From Steroidobacteraceae bacterium (lineage in GTDB: Bacteria > Pseudomonadota > Gammaproteobacteria > Steroidobacterales > Steroidobacteraceae): a stretch of 64,000 nucleotides of DNA. The DNA is taken from NCBI GenBank assembly GCA_036278795.1, contig DASUKK010000017.1, positions 82,627 to 146,626 on the forward strand, written 5' to 3'. The first letter of the stretch is position 1. Each line of letters opens with the position of its first letter. The translations under genes were made by a program, and so were the position numbers. Below, piece by piece: positions 10,379 to 20,994 of the stretch. A model generated the notes under the pieces. It was not told the DNA's origin and did no database searches. It saw only the letters and a program-made list of their open reading frames with translations.

Positions 10379-11428
10379 CTAGATCACACCACGGCGGATC
10401 TGGTCCTGCTCGATGGACTCGAACAGGGCGCGGAAGTTGCCCTCGCCGAAGCCCTCATTGCCCTTGCGCTGGATGATCTCGAAGAAGATCGGCCCGATGA
10501 CATTGCGGGTGAAGATCTGCAGCAGCAGACCCTCGCCGCGCTCTGGATTGCCATCGACCAGGATGCTGCGGCGCCGCAACTCCTCCAGCGGCTCGCGATG
10601 TCCGGTGACACGCGCATCGACGCCTTCGTAATACGTATCGGGCGTGTCCTGGAAGGCCAGCCCGCGGCTGCGCAGCGCATCGACGGTCCGATAGATGTCG
10701 TCCGTGGCGAGCGCGATGTGCTGAATGCCCTCCCCGTGATACTCCCGCAGATACTCCTCGATCTGGCTCTTGTCGTCCTGCGACTCGTTGATGGGGATGC
10801 GGATCTTCCCGCACGGACTGGTCATCGCGCGTGAGAAGAGGCCCGTCTGCTGGCCCTCGATATCGAAGTAGCGGATCTCGCGGAAGTTGAACAGCTTCTC
10901 GTAGAAGCCCTTCCACAGATCCATGTGGCCGCGCTGCACGTTGTGCGTCAAGTGATCGATGCACGTCAGCCCCGCATCCTCGGCAGTTGGCGCCGACACA
11001 GACCGGAAGTCGACGTCGTAAATCGACTGATCACCATAGCGGTCGACCAGGTAGACCAGCGAGCCGCCGATGCCTTCGATGCACGGAATGTTCAGCTCCA
11101 TCGGACCCGCGCTTTGCGGACCGGGCTTGGCACCCAGCTCGAGCGCGCGTCGATAGGCGTACGCCGCGTCCTTGACGCGGAAGGCCATTGCACAGGCGGA
11201 CGGCCCGTGCTGGCGCGCAAACCGTTGAGCGAAGGACTCCGGTTCGGCATTGATGATGAAATTGATGGCTCCCTGGCCATGCAGCGTCACGTTCTTCGAC
11301 CGGTGGTGCGCCTTGACTGGGAAACCCATCCGCTCGAAGAGCGTCCGTAGCAGCTGCGGGTCGGGCGCGGTGTACTCGACGAACTCGAAGCCGTCGGTGC
11401 CCATTGGGTTCTCGCGGGACTGGCTCAT
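10379..11428 (-). CDS. hppD: 4-hydroxyphenylpyruvate dioxygenase
   Basis: N-terminus ENPMGTDGFEFVEYTAP and C-terminus ...FFEIIQRKG..GFGEGNFRALFESIE are typical of HppD. I prefer the ATG at 11428 (GGAG 6 nt upstream); the longest ORF starts at 11446. Confidence 0.9.
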   Translation of the reverse strand: MSQSRENPMGTDGFEFVEYTAPDPQLLRTLFERMGFPVKAHHRSKNVTLHGQGAINFIINAEPESFAQRFARQHGPSACAMAFRVKDAAYAYRRALELGAKPGPQSAGPMELNIPCIEGIGGSLVYLVDRYGDQSIYDVDFRSVSAPTAEDAGLTCIDHLTHNVQRGHMDLWKGFYEKLFNFREIRYFDIEGQQTGLFSRAMTSPCGKIRIPINESQDDKSQIEEYLREYHGEGIQHIALATDDIYRTVDALRSRGLAFQDTPDTYYEGVDARVTGHREPLEELRRRSILVDGNPERGEGLLLQIFTRNVIGPIFFEIIQRKGNEGFGEGNFRALFESIEQDQIRRGVI

Positions 11429-11464
11429 GTGCATCTCCGACGCCATCTGGTTGCGCGTGCAACT

Positions 11465-11470
11465 ATTATA
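11465..11470 (-). promoter_or_regulatory. Candidate -10 box (TATAAT on the minus strand) for hppD
   Basis: Plus-strand attata at 11465-11470 is a perfect TATAAT on the minus strand, 19-42 nt upstream of the candidate hppD starts. A perfect hexamer is rare in such a GC-rich genome. No convincing -35 box was seen. Confidence 0.3.
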
Positions 11471-11550
11471 CCGCTCGGAACCCCGGTTGCCATAAGTGTG
11501 AGCGCGCGAAGCCGCCCATCAATGTGCGGCCGTCATGGCTGCCCATAAAC

Positions 11551-11556
11551 TATAAT
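11551..11556 (+). promoter_or_regulatory. Candidate -10 box (TATAAT) for the NAD-GDH gene
   Basis: Perfect TATAAT at 11551-11556, only 11 nt before the ATG at 11568. There is no Shine-Dalgarno in between, which implies a leaderless or near-leaderless mRNA if the box is used. Confidence 0.3.
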
Positions 11557-11567
11557 CGCGCCCCATC

Positions 11568-14500
11568 ATGCATTCACCCAATCTCTCGTCAGACGACAGC
11601 CGTCTGCTGCGTAGCATCCCACCTGCCCGCCTGGCGCTGATCGAACGTATCGTTCGCACGCGTATTGCGCCAGGGCAGGCGCCATCAGGTACTTCGGACG
11701 CGGCTCGCTACCGTGAAATCCAGCAGCCGTTCCTGAGGGCGTACTTCCGGGGTGTCGGCGAGGAGGACCTGGCAGAGCGCGCGCCGGCACCTCTCGCGAC
11801 CGCGGCGCGATCACACCTGGAGCTCGGCTGGCGCCGGGCGCCGGGACAGTCGCTGGTCCGGATCTTCAATCCCGACCCCGAGCGCGACGGCTTCGAGTCG
11901 CCGCACACGCTGGTGCAGATCGTCACCGATGATCGGCCGTTCCTGGTCGACTCCGTCGGCATCGCCTTCAGCCGTGCCGGGCTCGCCATGCACCTGATCG
12001 TCCATCCGGTGCTCGAGGTCCGCCGCGACGGGCGCGGACGCATCGCCGGCTTGGGCGCGAACCGCAACGAGCCGGAAAAGGCGGAGTCGTGGGAGCTGTA
12101 CGAGATCGACCGTCAGACCGATCCGGCGGCGATCGAGCGGCTGCGCCACGATATCGAGTCGACACTGACTGATGTCAGCCTCGCGGTCGACGATTGGCCG
12201 GCGATGCGCGAGCGCGTGCGCTCGCTGGTCGCGGATCTCGAGCGCGATCCGCCGCCGCTCCCCTCCGAGGACGTCACGGAGGCGCGCCAACTCCTCGAGT
12301 GGATGGAGGAGCGTCACTTCGTATTCCTCGGGTATCGGTACTACCGGCTCGAGCGCGAGGCTCGCGAGGATCGTCTGGTTGCGGACACCCGCAGCGGCCT
12401 CGGCATCCTGCGCATGCGCGGCACGGGTGGCAAACCCGCCGTGACCGTGCTGACGGGAGACGTGCGTGCCCGCGCCCGCGACCGCGAGCTCCTCGTCCTC
12501 ACCAAGGCCAACTCCGCCTCGACGGTACATCGCGCCGAGTATCTCGACTACGCGGGGGTGAAGACCTTCGATGCCCGCGGCCGCGTCACCGGTGAGCACC
12601 GGTTCCTGGGCCTGTGGACCTCGACCGCTTATCATCGCAGTCCGCGCGACATCCCCGTGCTGCGGCGCAAGGTCGACCGCGTCATCCAATATTTCGGCCT
12701 CGACCCGCACGGTCACGACGGCAAGGCCGTCCTCAACGTGCTGGAGACCTACCCGCGCGACGAGCTCTTCCAGGCGAGCATCGATGACCTGATCCGGATT
12801 GCCCGTGGCGTCGTGAACCTGTACGAGCGGCGCACCGTACGCCTGCTGGCAAGGCGCGATCCCTATCACCGCTTCTACTCCTGCCTCGTCTATGTGCCGC
12901 GCGACCGCTACAACACCGAGGTGCGCCAGCGCATCGAGCAGATCGTGCTCGAAGGATTTGCCGGCCAGTCGGTGGAAAGTCAGGTGCAGATCTCCGGCTC
13001 GAGCCATGCGCGCGTGCACGTCGTCGTGCGCACCGAGCCCCCGGGACCGCGCAAGGTGGACATCGCGGCGATCGAGCGGCGCATCGCCGAAGCCGCGCTG
13101 ACCTGGACCGATCGCCTGCGTGAAGTGCTGGTCGCGCGCGAAGGAGAGGCCGCGGGCATCGCGCTCGCGACACGCTATAGGCGCGTCTTTCCGCTCGCGT
13201 ACGAGGAGGATGTCGCGCCCGCCGACGCACTGGTCGACATCGCATATCTCGAGCAGCTGCGCGGCACTCCCGAGGCGCGCCGGCTCAGTCTGCATCGTCC
13301 GCCGCTGCAGAAGCCCGCGCGGCTCCACCTGAAGATCGTGCGGCTCGGCGAGCCGGTGCCGATCTCGGACCTGCTGCCGATTCTCGAGAACTTCGCCCTG
13401 CGGGTCATCGCGGAGCGGCCCTACGAGCTCGCCTGGCCCGAAGGCGGCGCCGCCTGGATCCAGGACTTCGAGCTCGAGCACCGGGACGGGCTGCCGATCG
13501 ACATCGGCCACATCGACACGCGCTTCAAGGAAGCCCTCACGCTCACCTGGAGCGGCGACACCGAGAACGACGGCTTCAATCGCCTGCTGCTCGGCGCCGA
13601 TCTCACGGCGCGCGAGATCACGGTGTTGCGGGCGTACTGCCGTTACCTGCTGCAGACGGGTGTGCCCTTCAGCCAGGCCTACATGGAGCGCGCGCTCGCC
13701 GCCAATCCGGCGATCGCAGCCGGCCTGGTGCGTCTGTTCGAAGCGCTTCACGATCCGGTCGCACAGCCTCCCGCGGGCCGCCGCGGGCGAGGCGCGCAGC
13801 GGCGAGCGCCCGGACACGACGTCCGGGCCGGGGGGCCTGCCGCCAAGGAAGGCCAGTGGCACGGCCCAAAGCGGCCCGACGGCAGCGGCAGCCCCTCCGA
13901 GCAGATTGCCGCCCAGATCCGGGCCAGCCTCGACTCGGTCGCGAGTCTCGATGAGGACCGGATCCTGCGCGCGTATCTCGGACTGGTGCAGGCGACCCTG
14001 CGCACCAACTTCTATCGCCGGGATCCGGGCGGCGCGCCGCTGCCGTATCTCTCGCTCAAGCTCGATCCGGCCGCCATCGCCGACCTGCCGCTGCCGCGCC
14101 CGAAGTTCGAGATCTTCGTCTACAGCCCGAGAGTCGAGGGCGTGCACTTGCGCATGGGCTACGTGGCGCGCGGCGGCATCCGCTGGTCCGACCGCCGCGA
14201 GGACTTCCGCACCGAGGTCCTCGGCCTGATGAAGGCTCAGAACGTGAAGAACACGCTGATCGTGCCGGTCGGCGCGAAGGGCGGGTTCGTCCCCAAGCGA
14301 TTACCATCCGGCACGCGCGAGGAGGTGCAGGCCGAGGTCATCGCCTGCTATCGCACGTTCATCCGCGGCCTCCTCGATCTGACCGACAACATCATCGGCG
14401 GCCGGCTCGTGCCACCGCCCCAGGTGGTGCGCCGCGACGACGATGATGCCTACCTCGTCGTCGCCGCCGACAAGGGCACTGCGACTTTCTCCGACATCGC

Positions 14501-16553
14501 CAACGCCATTTCCGCCGAGTACGGCTTCTGGCTGGGCGACGCGTTCGCCTCGGGCGGCTCGGCCGGCTACGACCACAAGAAGCTCGCCATCACCGCCCGC
14601 GGCGGCTGGGAATGTGTCAAGCGGCACTTCCGCGAGCTCGGTATCGACATCCAGAAGACCGACTTCACGGTCATCGGCATCGGCGACATGTCGGGTGATG
14701 TCTTCGGCAACGGCATGCTGCTCTCCCGCCACATCCGCCTGCAGGCCGCTTTCGATCACCGTCACGTCTTCCTCGATCCCAACCCGGATCCCGCGGTGAG
14801 CTTCGCCGAGCGGCAGCGACTGTTCGATCTGCCGCGCTCGAGCTGGGACGACTACGACCGCACCCGCATCTCCAAGGGGGGCGGCGTCTTCGCCCGCAGC
14901 GCCAAGTCGATCACTCTCTCGCCGGAGGCGCGTACGCTCCTCGGCCTGGAGACGGCCGCCAACACACCCACCGAGATCATGCGCGCCATCCTGCGCATGC
15001 CGGTGGACCTGCTGTGGAACGGCGGGATCGGTACCTACGTCAAGGCCAGCCGGGAGTCCAACGCCGAGGTCGGCGATCGCGCCAACGACGGCCTGCGGAT
15101 CAACGGCCGGGAGCTCAAGGCGAAAGTGGTCGGCGAGGGCGGCAATCTCGGCTTCACGCAACGCGGGCGCATCGAATACGCGCTCGCCGGCGGGCGCCTC
15201 AACACCGATTTCATCGACAACTCGGCCGGCGTCAACACCTCCGACGTCGAGGTCAATCTCAAGATCCTGCTGAATCCCATCGTCCAGGCGGGCGGGCTCA
15301 CGGCGGGCGAGCGCAACCGTCTGCTCGCCAGCATGTCGAGCGAGGTCTGCTCGCTCGTGCTGCGCAACAACTATCTGCAGAGCCAGGCGATCAGCACTCT
15401 GGAGCTGCAGGCTCGCGCTCGGATGGCGGAGTTCCAGCACCTGATCCGCTCGCTCGAGCGCTCGGGCGAGCTCAACCGCGCGCTCGAATTCCTGCCCACG
15501 GACGATGAGCTCACCGAGCGGCGCAAGGCCGGCGCCGGCCTCACCCGCCCGGAGCTCGCGATCCTGCTCGCCTACAGCAAGATCTGGCTCAACAACCATC
15601 TTCTCGACTCCGACGTGCCCGAGGACGCCTACCTCTCCGCCGAGCTCGATCGCTACTTCCCCGGCCCGGTGCGCCGGCGATTTGCGCGCGCCATCTCCCG
15701 CCACCGGTTGCGCCGGGAAATCATCGCCACGGCGACCACCAACAGCCTCATCAATCGGATGGGCCCGACGTTCGTGCCGCGTGCGCAGGAGGATACGGGC
15801 GCTGAGCCGGCGCAGATCGCGCGCGCCTACACCGCGGCGCGCGAGATCTTCGAGGTCCGTACGGTCTGGGCGCGGATCGAGGAGCTCGACAACCGCGTGC
15901 CGGCGAAAGTGCAGTACACGGCCGCGTTCGAGACGAGCCGCCTGCTGCGCCATGCGACCTACTGGCTGCTGGCCCGCCGGCGCGCGCTCAAGGTCGATAC
16001 CGCGGTCGCGGAATTTCGCGCCGGCGTACACGAGCTCGAGTCGCGTATCGGTCACGTGCTCTGCGGCTCGTGGCGCGAGCAGTTCGATCAGGTACGCGCG
16101 CAGCATCTGGAGGCGGGCCTGCCGCCCGACCTCGCCGCACGCGTGGCCAGTCTCGAGGCGCACAACGCATCGCTCGACATCGTCGAGCTCGCCAGCTCGC
16201 AGCGGATCGGAGTGATGGAGGCCGCGCGCCTGTACTTCGAGGCCGGCGCCCGCACGGGACTCGATTGGCTGCGGCAGCAGATCGATCGACTGCCGGTCGA
16301 AGGACCCTGGCAGGCGACGGCGCGCACGGGCCTGCGCGATGCGGCCCTGCGGCTGCACCGCCGGCTGGCGGAGCGAGTGTTGAGCCGCGGCCGCGGCGGC
16401 AATGCCGAGGAGCGCGTCGCTGCCTGGCAGGAATCGGCGGGCAAGGAGCTGACACACTGGCAGCGCACTCTCGCCGACATGCGTGCGGCCGGCGCGGCCG
16501 ACTTCGCGACGCTCACGGTCGGCGTCGAGTCATTGCGGAAACTCGCGGAATAG
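11568..16553 (+). CDS. gdhB: NAD-specific glutamate dehydrogenase, large (about 180 kDa) type
   Basis: The 1661-aa ORF has the size and architecture of the large bacterial NAD-GDH family. Catalytic-core motifs include [26 protein letters not shown] and [11 protein letters not shown]. Confidence 0.9.
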   Translation: MHSPNLSSDDSRLLRSIPPARLALIERIVRTRIAPGQAPSGTSDAARYREIQQPFLRAYFRGVGEEDLAERAPAPLATAARSHLELGWRRAPGQSLVRIFNPDPERDGFESPHTLVQIVTDDRPFLVDSVGIAFSRAGLAMHLIVHPVLEVRRDGRGRIAGLGANRNEPEKAESWELYEIDRQTDPAAIERLRHDIESTLTDVSLAVDDWPAMRERVRSLVADLERDPPPLPSEDVTEARQLLEWMEERHFVFLGYRYYRLEREAREDRLVADTRSGLGILRMRGTGGKPAVTVLTGDVRARARDRELLVLTKANSASTVHRAEYLDYAGVKTFDARGRVTGEHRFLGLWTSTAYHRSPRDIPVLRRKVDRVIQYFGLDPHGHDGKAVLNVLETYPRDELFQASIDDLIRIARGVVNLYERRTVRLLARRDPYHRFYSCLVYVPRDRYNTEVRQRIEQIVLEGFAGQSVESQVQISGSSHARVHVVVRTEPPGPRKVDIAAIERRIAEAALTWTDRLREVLVAREGEAAGIALATRYRRVFPLAYEEDVAPADALVDIAYLEQLRGTPEARRLSLHRPPLQKPARLHLKIVRLGEPVPISDLLPILENFALRVIAERPYELAWPEGGAAWIQDFELEHRDGLPIDIGHIDTRFKEALTLTWSGDTENDGFNRLLLGADLTAREITVLRAYCRYLLQTGVPFSQAYMERALAANPAIAAGLVRLFEALHDPVAQPPAGRRGRGAQRRAPGHDVRAGGPAAKEGQWHGPKRPDGSGSPSEQIAAQIRASLDSVASLDEDRILRAYLGLVQATLRTNFYRRDPGGAPLPYLSLKLDPAAIADLPLPRPKFEIFVYSPRVEGVHLRMGYVARGGIRWSDRREDFRTEVLGLMKAQNVKNTLIVPVGAKGGFVPKRLPSGTREEVQAEVIACYRTFIRGLLDLTDNIIGGRLVPPPQVVRRDDDDAYLVVAADKGTATFSDIANAISAEYGFWLGDAFASGGSAGYDHKKLAITARGGWECVKRHFRELGIDIQKTDFTVIGIGDMSGDVFGNGMLLSRHIRLQAAFDHRHVFLDPNPDPAVSFAERQRLFDLPRSSWDDYDRTRISKGGGVFARSAKSITLSPEARTLLGLETAANTPTEIMRAILRMPVDLLWNGGIGTYVKASRESNAEVGDRANDGLRINGRELKAKVVGEGGNLGFTQRGRIEYALAGGRLNTDFIDNSAGVNTSDVEVNLKILLNPIVQAGGLTAGERNRLLASMSSEVCSLVLRNNYLQSQAISTLELQARARMAEFQHLIRSLERSGELNRALEFLPTDDELTERRKAGAGLTRPELAILLAYSKIWLNNHLLDSDVPEDAYLSAELDRYFPGPVRRRFARAISRHRLRREIIATATTNSLINRMGPTFVPRAQEDTGAEPAQIARAYTAAREIFEVRTVWARIEELDNRVPAKVQYTAAFETSRLLRHATYWLLARRRALKVDTAVAEFRAGVHELESRIGHVLCGSWREQFDQVRAQHLEAGLPPDLAARVASLEAHNASLDIVELASSQRIGVMEAARLYFEAGARTGLDWLRQQIDRLPVEGPWQATARTGLRDAALRLHRRLAERVLSRGRGGNAEERVAAWQESAGKELTHWQRTLADMRAAGAADFATLTVGVESLRKLAE

Positions 16554-16572
16554 CTACGGGATTCGAACGGTC

Positions 16573-17328
16573 ATGAGCACCCCTGGAAAGTTGATACTGG
16601 TCCGCCACGGCCAGAGCGTCTGGAACCTGGAGAACCTCTTCACCGGCTGGACCGATGTCGACCTGGCGGCACAGGGACGCGAGGAGGCCGCGCGCGCCGG
16701 ACGCCAGCTTCTCGAGGAGAAACTGGTGGTGGATATCGCCTTCACCTCCGTGCTGAAGCGGGCGATCCGCACACTCTGGATCATGCTCGATGAGATGGAC
16801 CGGATGTGGATTCCGGTCGAGCGGTCCTGGCGCCTGAACGAGCGTCACTATGGCGCGCTGCAGGGTCTCGACAAGGCGCAGACCGTCGAGCGCCACGGCG
16901 AGACCCAGGTGAAGATCTGGCGTCGCAGCTACGACATCCCCCCGCCCCCGCTGCCGGGCGACGATCCACGTCACCCGCGCTTCGATCCGCGCTATGCCGA
17001 TGTGCCTGCCGCGGAGCTGCCAGCCGCCGAGTCACTGAAGGATACGCTCGCGCGGGTTCTTCCCTTCTGGCACAGCCGCATCGCGCCGGAGCTGCGCCGC
17101 GGGCGCAACGTGATGGTGGCCGCGCACGGCAACAGCCTGCGCGCGATGGTGAAGATGCTGGACGATGTGTCGGAGAGCGCGATCGTCGAGCTCAATATCC
17201 CCACGGGCGTGCCGCTGCTCTACGAGCTCGATGCGCAGCTCAAGCCCCTCGGCAGTCGCTATCTCGGCGACCCCGCGGCGGTCGCGGCAGCCGCGGAAGC
17301 GGTGCGCCGTCAAACCGAGCGCAAGTAA
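16573..17328 (+). CDS. gpmA: 2,3-bisphosphoglycerate-dependent phosphoglycerate mutase
   Basis: [12 protein letters not shown] (RHG catalytic His), [19 protein letters not shown]. The ATG at 16573 gives 251 aa. Confidence 0.95.
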   Translation: MSTPGKLILVRHGQSVWNLENLFTGWTDVDLAAQGREEAARAGRQLLEEKLVVDIAFTSVLKRAIRTLWIMLDEMDRMWIPVERSWRLNERHYGALQGLDKAQTVERHGETQVKIWRRSYDIPPPPLPGDDPRHPRFDPRYADVPAAELPAAESLKDTLARVLPFWHSRIAPELRRGRNVMVAAHGNSLRAMVKMLDDVSESAIVELNIPTGVPLLYELDAQLKPLGSRYLGDPAAVAAAAEAVRRQTERK

Positions 17329-17341
17329 ACGAACCTGACGC

Positions 17342-17653
17342 CTACGCCGCCCATCCGTCGTAGTGACCCTGGAATTCGCTGGCTATCGCGCTCATCCGCT
17401 TGCTGACTTCCACCACGTCGACGAGGATCAGACGCATGGACTTGGTCGCGTGCAGGCTCAACTGCAGGGTGCCGCCGCTCTCCGACTCGCCGAACAATCG
17501 CGCCGTCATCGGCCTCACGTCCACGCTGAAGCCCTCGGGCTCCAGGCGCGCGCGAACCGCGCCGCAGGCGGCCTCATCGGGCAACGCCAGGAAGAACGCA
17601 ACCGGGTACTCGTTGAAAGGAGCGTATCCCTTGGCCCGGAGGCGCTCGATCAT
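17342..17653 (-). CDS. RraB-family (regulator of ribonuclease activity B-like) protein, possibly N-terminally extended to 17770
   Basis: The C-terminus ...IASEFQGHYDGWAA matches the ...YDGW signature at the end of RraB-type domains. The frame stays open upstream and encodes a hydrophobic helix, but there is no ATG, GTG or TTG there (see findings). Confidence 0.55.
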   Translation of the reverse strand: MIERLRAKGYAPFNEYPVAFFLALPDEAACGAVRARLEPEGFSVDVRPMTARLFGESESGGTLQLSLHATKSMRLILVDVVEVSKRMSAIASEFQGHYDGWAA

Positions 17654-17784
17654 CTTCTCGTCCGCGCTTTCCTGATGTGCCGGACGTAATTTGCGCAGGG
17701 TGAAGTAGAGGCGCGCCAGGAGGAATGCGGCGACTGCGGCACAGATGATGATCAGCCAGATGACGCGAATGGGAGTCTCCCGCT

Positions 17785-18099
17785 CTACTCGTCCGGCGCG
17801 ATCGTGACGCGCAGGCCGGCGAGCTCCGCAGTGAACTCGACCTGACAGGACAGGCGCGAGTTGTCCTGCGTGTGCGACAGCTCCGTAAGCAGCTCGCGCT
17901 CATCCGACATCGGCGCCGGCAGCCGCGCCTGCCACTCGGGATCGACGTAGACGTGGCAGGTTGCACATGAGCACATTCCACCGCAGATCGCCGCGACCCC
18001 GTAGTCGAGCTCCCGCAGGGTCTCCATGATCTTGAGACCCGCCTTTGCATCGACCTCATGCTCCTGACCATCGCGGTCGATCACGCGCAGCAACGCCAT
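17785..18099 (-). CDS. 2Fe-2S ferredoxin (adrenodoxin/putidaredoxin type)
   Basis: 104 aa; cluster ligands CGGMCSCATCHV ... LSCQV (C-x5-C-x2-C ... C). Confidence 0.85.
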   Translation of the reverse strand: MALLRVIDRDGQEHEVDAKAGLKIMETLRELDYGVAAICGGMCSCATCHVYVDPEWQARLPAPMSDERELLTELSHTQDNSRLSCQVEFTAELAGLRVTIAPDE

Positions 18100-18128
18100 T
18101 CACCCACCTCTATTCTCATCTCACGAAA

Positions 18129-18149
18129 GGCCTTGGTGCACCAAAGGCC
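18129..18149 (-). terminator. Weak candidate intrinsic terminator after the YkoF-like gene
   Basis: Near-palindrome ggccttggtgcaccaaaggcc (8-bp stem with one bulge), followed on the minus strand by TTTCGTG. It lies 58 nt downstream of the stop at 18207. Confidence 0.25.
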
Positions 18150-18206
18150 AAGCCTTCTAGTTTGCCGATTCGGGACGCATCTCGCCACTTCGAGGGCTGC
18201 GGCAAG

Positions 18207-18458
18207 TCACAGAGGGCCCAGCACCTTCAGGACGAACGCTGCCTTGCCGCCCTGCTCCCCCCGGCTATCGAAAGTGGCGCGCAGCTCCCGGCGAAGGGTC
18301 TCGAAGACCCGCTCGTACTCCCCGAAGATCTGCGTGCTGAGGCTGCCGCTCACCACTTTCAGCTCGCCCGCCGCGGACACCCGGGCGATGAAATCGTGTA
18401 TTTGTGGAACGAACTGCTCCGCCAGCGGGTACAGACTGATTTCGACGCCGATCTCCAT
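18207..18458 (-). CDS. YkoF/MTH1187-like small protein (thiamine-binding-like fold family)
   Basis: 83 aa. The N-terminus MEIGVEISLYPL... and the size fit the YkoF-related/DUF77 family. Assignment rests on recalled family features only. Confidence 0.5.
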   Translation of the reverse strand: MEIGVEISLYPLAEQFVPQIHDFIARVSAAGELKVVSGSLSTQIFGEYERVFETLRRELRATFDSRGEQGGKAAFVLKVLGPL

Positions 18459-18538
18459 GGGAGCTATTGTAATTCATGGGCTAGAATGGCGGCCCTCGGC
18501 CGCCGCCGACCGTCCGCCCCGGACGGGGAACGGGAGCG

Positions 18539-19441
18539 ATGACTCAAAAAATCCAGGTCCATCAGGTGGATGCCTTTACGGTGGAACGCTTCACCGGGAA
18601 TCCCGCCGGTGTGGTGCTCAATGCCGACGGGTTGACGGACGCGCAGATGCTCGCCATCGCCCGGGAGCTCAACAACGCCGACACCGCGTTCATTCTTGCC
18701 CCGGAGGGCGACGGCCACGACCTGCGAGCGCGGTTTTTCACCCCACGCGCCGAAGTCGGTTTCGTCGGCCACGCGACGGTAGCAGCGCACTATGTGCTCT
18801 CACGCAGGCACGCCGCACCCCGCCAACTGCGCCAGAAGTCCAAAGCCGGCATCGTCGACGTCGAGATCCGCGGCAGCGGCGAGGGTCGCAAGATCGCGGT
18901 CCGCCAGAACGCACCGCCCCTCGGGCGGGAGCTCAACGACCGCGAGCGGCTCGCGGTACTGGATGCCCTGGCGCTCGCCACGGATGACCTGGATACCCGC
19001 TGCCCATTGCGCATTGCCGGCTCGAACAGCACGCGGCTGCTCATCGGCGTGCGCGGCACGGACTCATTGAAGCATCTGAAGCCGGACATGACTCGCCTGA
19101 CGACGCTATCGGCGCAGATCGGCGCCGCCGGATACTTCGTCTTTGCCATGACACCCGACAAGGAAGACCATCTCACCGAATCGCGCATGTTCTGCCCGGC
19201 GCTCGGCATCGCGGAGGATCCGGTGAGCGGCAATGCTCACGGGCTGCTCGGCGTCTATCTCGCCCACTACGGGTTTCTGACACACGACCTGCGCCGTGCA
19301 TCCTTCCACGGCGTGCAGGGTCAGTACCAGCACCGCCCCGGACGAGTCGAGGTGGAGCTCGAACTCAAGGATGGGACCGTCACCGGGGTGTGGATCGTCG
19401 GGCAGGCGATCTCGGTGTTCGAGACCGAGATCGCTCTCTGA
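18539..19441 (+). CDS. PhzF-family isomerase
   Basis: 300 aa. The N-terminus QVDAFT.ERFTGNPAGVV... and the length are typical of the PhzF family. Confidence 0.85.
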   Translation: MTQKIQVHQVDAFTVERFTGNPAGVVLNADGLTDAQMLAIARELNNADTAFILAPEGDGHDLRARFFTPRAEVGFVGHATVAAHYVLSRRHAAPRQLRQKSKAGIVDVEIRGSGEGRKIAVRQNAPPLGRELNDRERLAVLDALALATDDLDTRCPLRIAGSNSTRLLIGVRGTDSLKHLKPDMTRLTTLSAQIGAAGYFVFAMTPDKEDHLTESRMFCPALGIAEDPVSGNAHGLLGVYLAHYGFLTHDLRRASFHGVQGQYQHRPGRVEVELELKDGTVTGVWIVGQAISVFETEIAL

Positions 19442-20888
19442 CCGGTCCCGCATAACGAACCTCCCCGCGCGCCAGCTCCAGCTCGTGACTGGCGCAGCGC
19501 GGCCATTCCGAGCGGCGGTGGGTCGTCATGACGACTGCCGTGCCCGCGGCGACCCGGTTCTCGATGCGCTCCGACAAATCGCGCCGCGTGGGCCCGTCCA
19601 CACCCGAGAACGGCTCATCCAGAAGCAACAGAGTGGGGTCCCGCACCCAGGCCCGCGCGAAGAGTACCCGCCGCAACTGGCCGTAAGAGAGCTCCCGCAG
19701 CGGACGGGATGCGAGCGAGCCCAGACCAAATGTCCGCAGCGCGCGGCGGGCAGCGGCTCGATCCGCGGCACTCGGCGCATCATTCAGGCCGATGCTCGCG
19801 TAGCGGCCTGACTGCACGACCGCACCGGCGGTGAGATCCTGAGGATGGTCCGCCTGCAGGTGCGCCGCGACCAGGCCCACGCGCTCCTTGAATGCTTGCA
19901 GGGGGACGCCAGGCTCGATCCCCGCGCGCTCGATGCGTCCGCCCACCGCCACCCCGTGATCGCCATACAGTGTGCGCAGCAGAGTCGTCTTGCCGGAGCC
20001 GTTATGTCCGTGCACCACCCAGCACTCGCCCGCATGGACCGTCATCGAGACATTCTTCAAGGCAACGTGCTCGTCGAGGTGCACGTGAGCGTGGGTCAAT
20101 CGCAGCAATGCCCGGTCGGGAGACCTGGACACTCGCGCGCGCGGCCGTGCGGTCACGCCGGTCTCGACCCGCCGGTCCAGCCATCGAGTCAGCGGCGCGC
20201 GACGGATGGCGCCGCGATACACGATGCGCCCATGCTCCAGCACGAGGGCATGCGTGGCGGCCGCGGGAACGTCCTCCACACGATGAGTGGACAACACCCA
20301 TGGCAGCGCGGAGCGCGCCGTTCCCTCCAGCCAACGCAGCGCGCGCACGTGGTTGGCTTCGTCCAATCCGTTCAACAGCTCATCGAGCAGCAGCATCCTC
20401 GGCCGGGAGGCAAGCGCACGCGCGAGCAGCGTGAGCCGCCGCTCCCCGTACGAGAGCGTGAGAAAGCGGCGCCCGGCCAGCGGCTCTATCCGCAGCCGTC
20501 GCAGGACCGCGCCGACGCGCCCGCGATCCGCATCGCTGATGGAGTGAAGGGGAATGTCGGTACGATGGACGCCGGTAGCAACCACCTGCTCGACGATGTG
20601 ATTCCAGCCGTAGCGCGTATATCGATCCTGGCGCTCGGGCCCGACATATCCGATCTCGTCCTGTATCTCATGCGGGGTACGCCATAGCTCGCCCTTCCAC
20701 AAGTAGTGGCGTAGCTCGCAGCCGGTGGGCGTGGGCCATACCGCGCCGGCGACGAGCTTCAGCAGCTGGGTCTTCCCGGCGCCGTTCGCGCCTGCCAACA
20801 CCCATCTCTCGCCGGGACGGATGGTCCAGCTCACATCCTCGAGAACCCGCCGCCCGTTGCGATCGAGGCGCACGCCGTCCAGGTGCAC
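19380..20888 (-). CDS. ModF-like soluble ABC ATPase (two tandem ATP-binding cassettes, no membrane domain)
   Basis: Two Walker A sites (GANGAGKTQLL, GHNGSGKTTLL), two signature/Walker B regions (LSYGERR..LLLDE, LSYGQLRR..LLLDEP). I prefer the GTG at 20888 (about 502 aa). The ATG at 20996 would add an Arg-rich 36-aa tail and overlap the glpD start codon. The 3' end overlaps phzF by 62 nt (convergent). Confidence 0.8.
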   Translation of the reverse strand: MHLDGVRLDRNGRRVLEDVSWTIRPGERWVLAGANGAGKTQLLKLVAGAVWPTPTGCELRHYLWKGELWRTPHEIQDEIGYVGPERQDRYTRYGWNHIVEQVVATGVHRTDIPLHSISDADRGRVGAVLRRLRIEPLAGRRFLTLSYGERRLTLLARALASRPRMLLLDELLNGLDEANHVRALRWLEGTARSALPWVLSTHRVEDVPAAATHALVLEHGRIVYRGAIRRAPLTRWLDRRVETGVTARPRARVSRSPDRALLRLTHAHVHLDEHVALKNVSMTVHAGECWVVHGHNGSGKTTLLRTLYGDHGVAVGGRIERAGIEPGVPLQAFKERVGLVAAHLQADHPQDLTAGAVVQSGRYASIGLNDAPSAADRAAARRALRTFGLGSLASRPLRELSYGQLRRVLFARAWVRDPTLLLLDEPFSGVDGPTRRDLSERIENRVAAGTAVVMTTHRRSEWPRCASHELELARGEVRYAGPVRERSRSRTPRSPARRSTPR

Positions 20889-20994
20889 TTCGACGTAACG
20901 GGAATGCCCGTCCCCGCCGCTGCGCCGAGGCGTTCGGGCCGGCGTTCGCCGTCTAAAGTCGCTCCTGACGCCTTTGTCCCGATATGATCTCACC

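Noticed and set aside
11811-16457. Two long minus-strand ORFs (11811-14147 and 14301-16457) inside the NAD-glutamate dehydrogenase gene
   Set aside because: This is a classic antisense artefact of large NAD-GDH genes. I found no motifs, the composition is typical of reverse-frame translation, and the sense strand encodes a full-length GDH.
19380-19441. 62-nt convergent overlap of the phzF and ModF-like 3' ends as a possible antisense regulatory arrangement
   Set aside because: The ModF-like tail (RERSRSRTPRSPARRSTPR) looks like read-through past the conserved domain until the first chance stop. This is a common annotation feature in high-GC genomes and nothing further supports regulation.
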